NCBI GenBank assembly: GCA_030704615.1
Contig: CM060732.1
Location: forward strand, 73,098,001 to 73,162,000
Length of the DNA: 64,000 nucleotides
Reading direction: 5' to 3'
Source of the DNA: Takakia lepidozioides
Lineage: Eukaryota > Plantae > Bryophyta
The notes below the pieces were generated by a model. That model searched no databases and was not told the origin of the DNA. It saw only the letters and a program-made list of their open reading frames with translations. The translations under genes and the position numbers were made by a program. The stretch's first letter is position 1, and each line of letters begins with the position of its first letter. Positions 63,400 through 64,000 of the stretch are shown piece by piece.

Positions 63400-64000
63400 T
63401 CCTCAGTTAGCTCCTTTGGACACAGTGCCCATTATCTGGCAACAACCTGACTCAGGCATTTGTTTGCTAGACCTGTTTGGAGGCATGAGCACTGGGCTTG
63501 CAGGAGTGTTGCAAACATGAATCAAAGTACGCAAGTACTTGTATGTGGAGAAGGATGAGATTGCTCTGTGTGTTTCCATGCGCCATGTTGCTTCGCTCAC
63601 ACCTAAGTATCCTGAGTTGTTGCCTCTCTTAGCAATTCAAGGGTACCAAAAGGCCTTGCCAGCAGACATTACCTTGCTGGGGGCGAATGATTTGGACCGG
63701 CATGGTGCCATTGAATTGGTGATAACTGGGTGGCCTTGCCAAGGACATTCACCCGCAGGTCATGGTAATGGTTTGCAAGATGCACGATCGCATCTATTTT
63801 GGGAGATGCTGCGAGTGTTGCATGATTTGCAGGTGAGGCAAGTGCAACCTCTAGCTTACATCCTGGAGAATGTTCCTCCCAGTGTACATCAGATCCGGTC
63901 ATGGATTGGACCAGCCGTATTGTTGGATGCAGCTGCAGTGGGTTCACGGGCACATAGGCCTAGGTTGTGATGAACCAATCTTGCACCACCAGAGTTGCTC
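63400..64000 (+). pseudogene. C5 cytosine DNA methyltransferase domain within the retrotransposon polyprotein (runs off the window)
   Basis: Motif I LLDLFGG (63470), motif II YVEKD, DIT, motif IV GWPCQG (63728), DARS.LF, motif VI LENV (63866), motif VIII HRPRL. Same frame as the protease C-terminal ORF starting at 62900. Confidence 0.9.

Overview
Eukaryotic, intron-containing, almost wholly transposon-derived DNA. It is most likely from a non-seed land plant (inferred from PLS-class PPR relics and the retroelement types). No intact host gene, rRNA, tRNA or CRISPR array is visible. Contents, left to right: (1) PPR and retroelement scraps; (2) a decayed Sola-like DDD transposase (-); (3) two related CACTA/En-Spm elements, each with a TnpD-like transposase head-to-head with a TnpA-like gene that unusually carries an FCP1/NIF HAD-like domain, scrambled by two inversions with visible microhomology breakpoints (about 12.3-38.9 kb and 39.0-39.96 kb); (4) a nested Ty3/gypsy element (26704-38057, AGGAC TSD); (5) an 11.6-kb Mutator-like element (43839-55422, TIRs, 9-bp TSD) encoding a WRKY/GCM-type DDE transposase and, divergently, a multi-exon ParB-like + beta-class N4C/N6A DNA-methyltransferase-like protein, with arrays of a GGCGCC-centred palindrome; (6) the 5' part of a second gypsy element whose polyprotein has a C5 cytosine methyltransferase in frame after the protease. 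The main candidate novel system is the MULE-borne ParB-methyltransferase with its palindrome arrays. All domain calls are motif recognition by eye, without database searches. Most ORFs carry stops or frameshifts.
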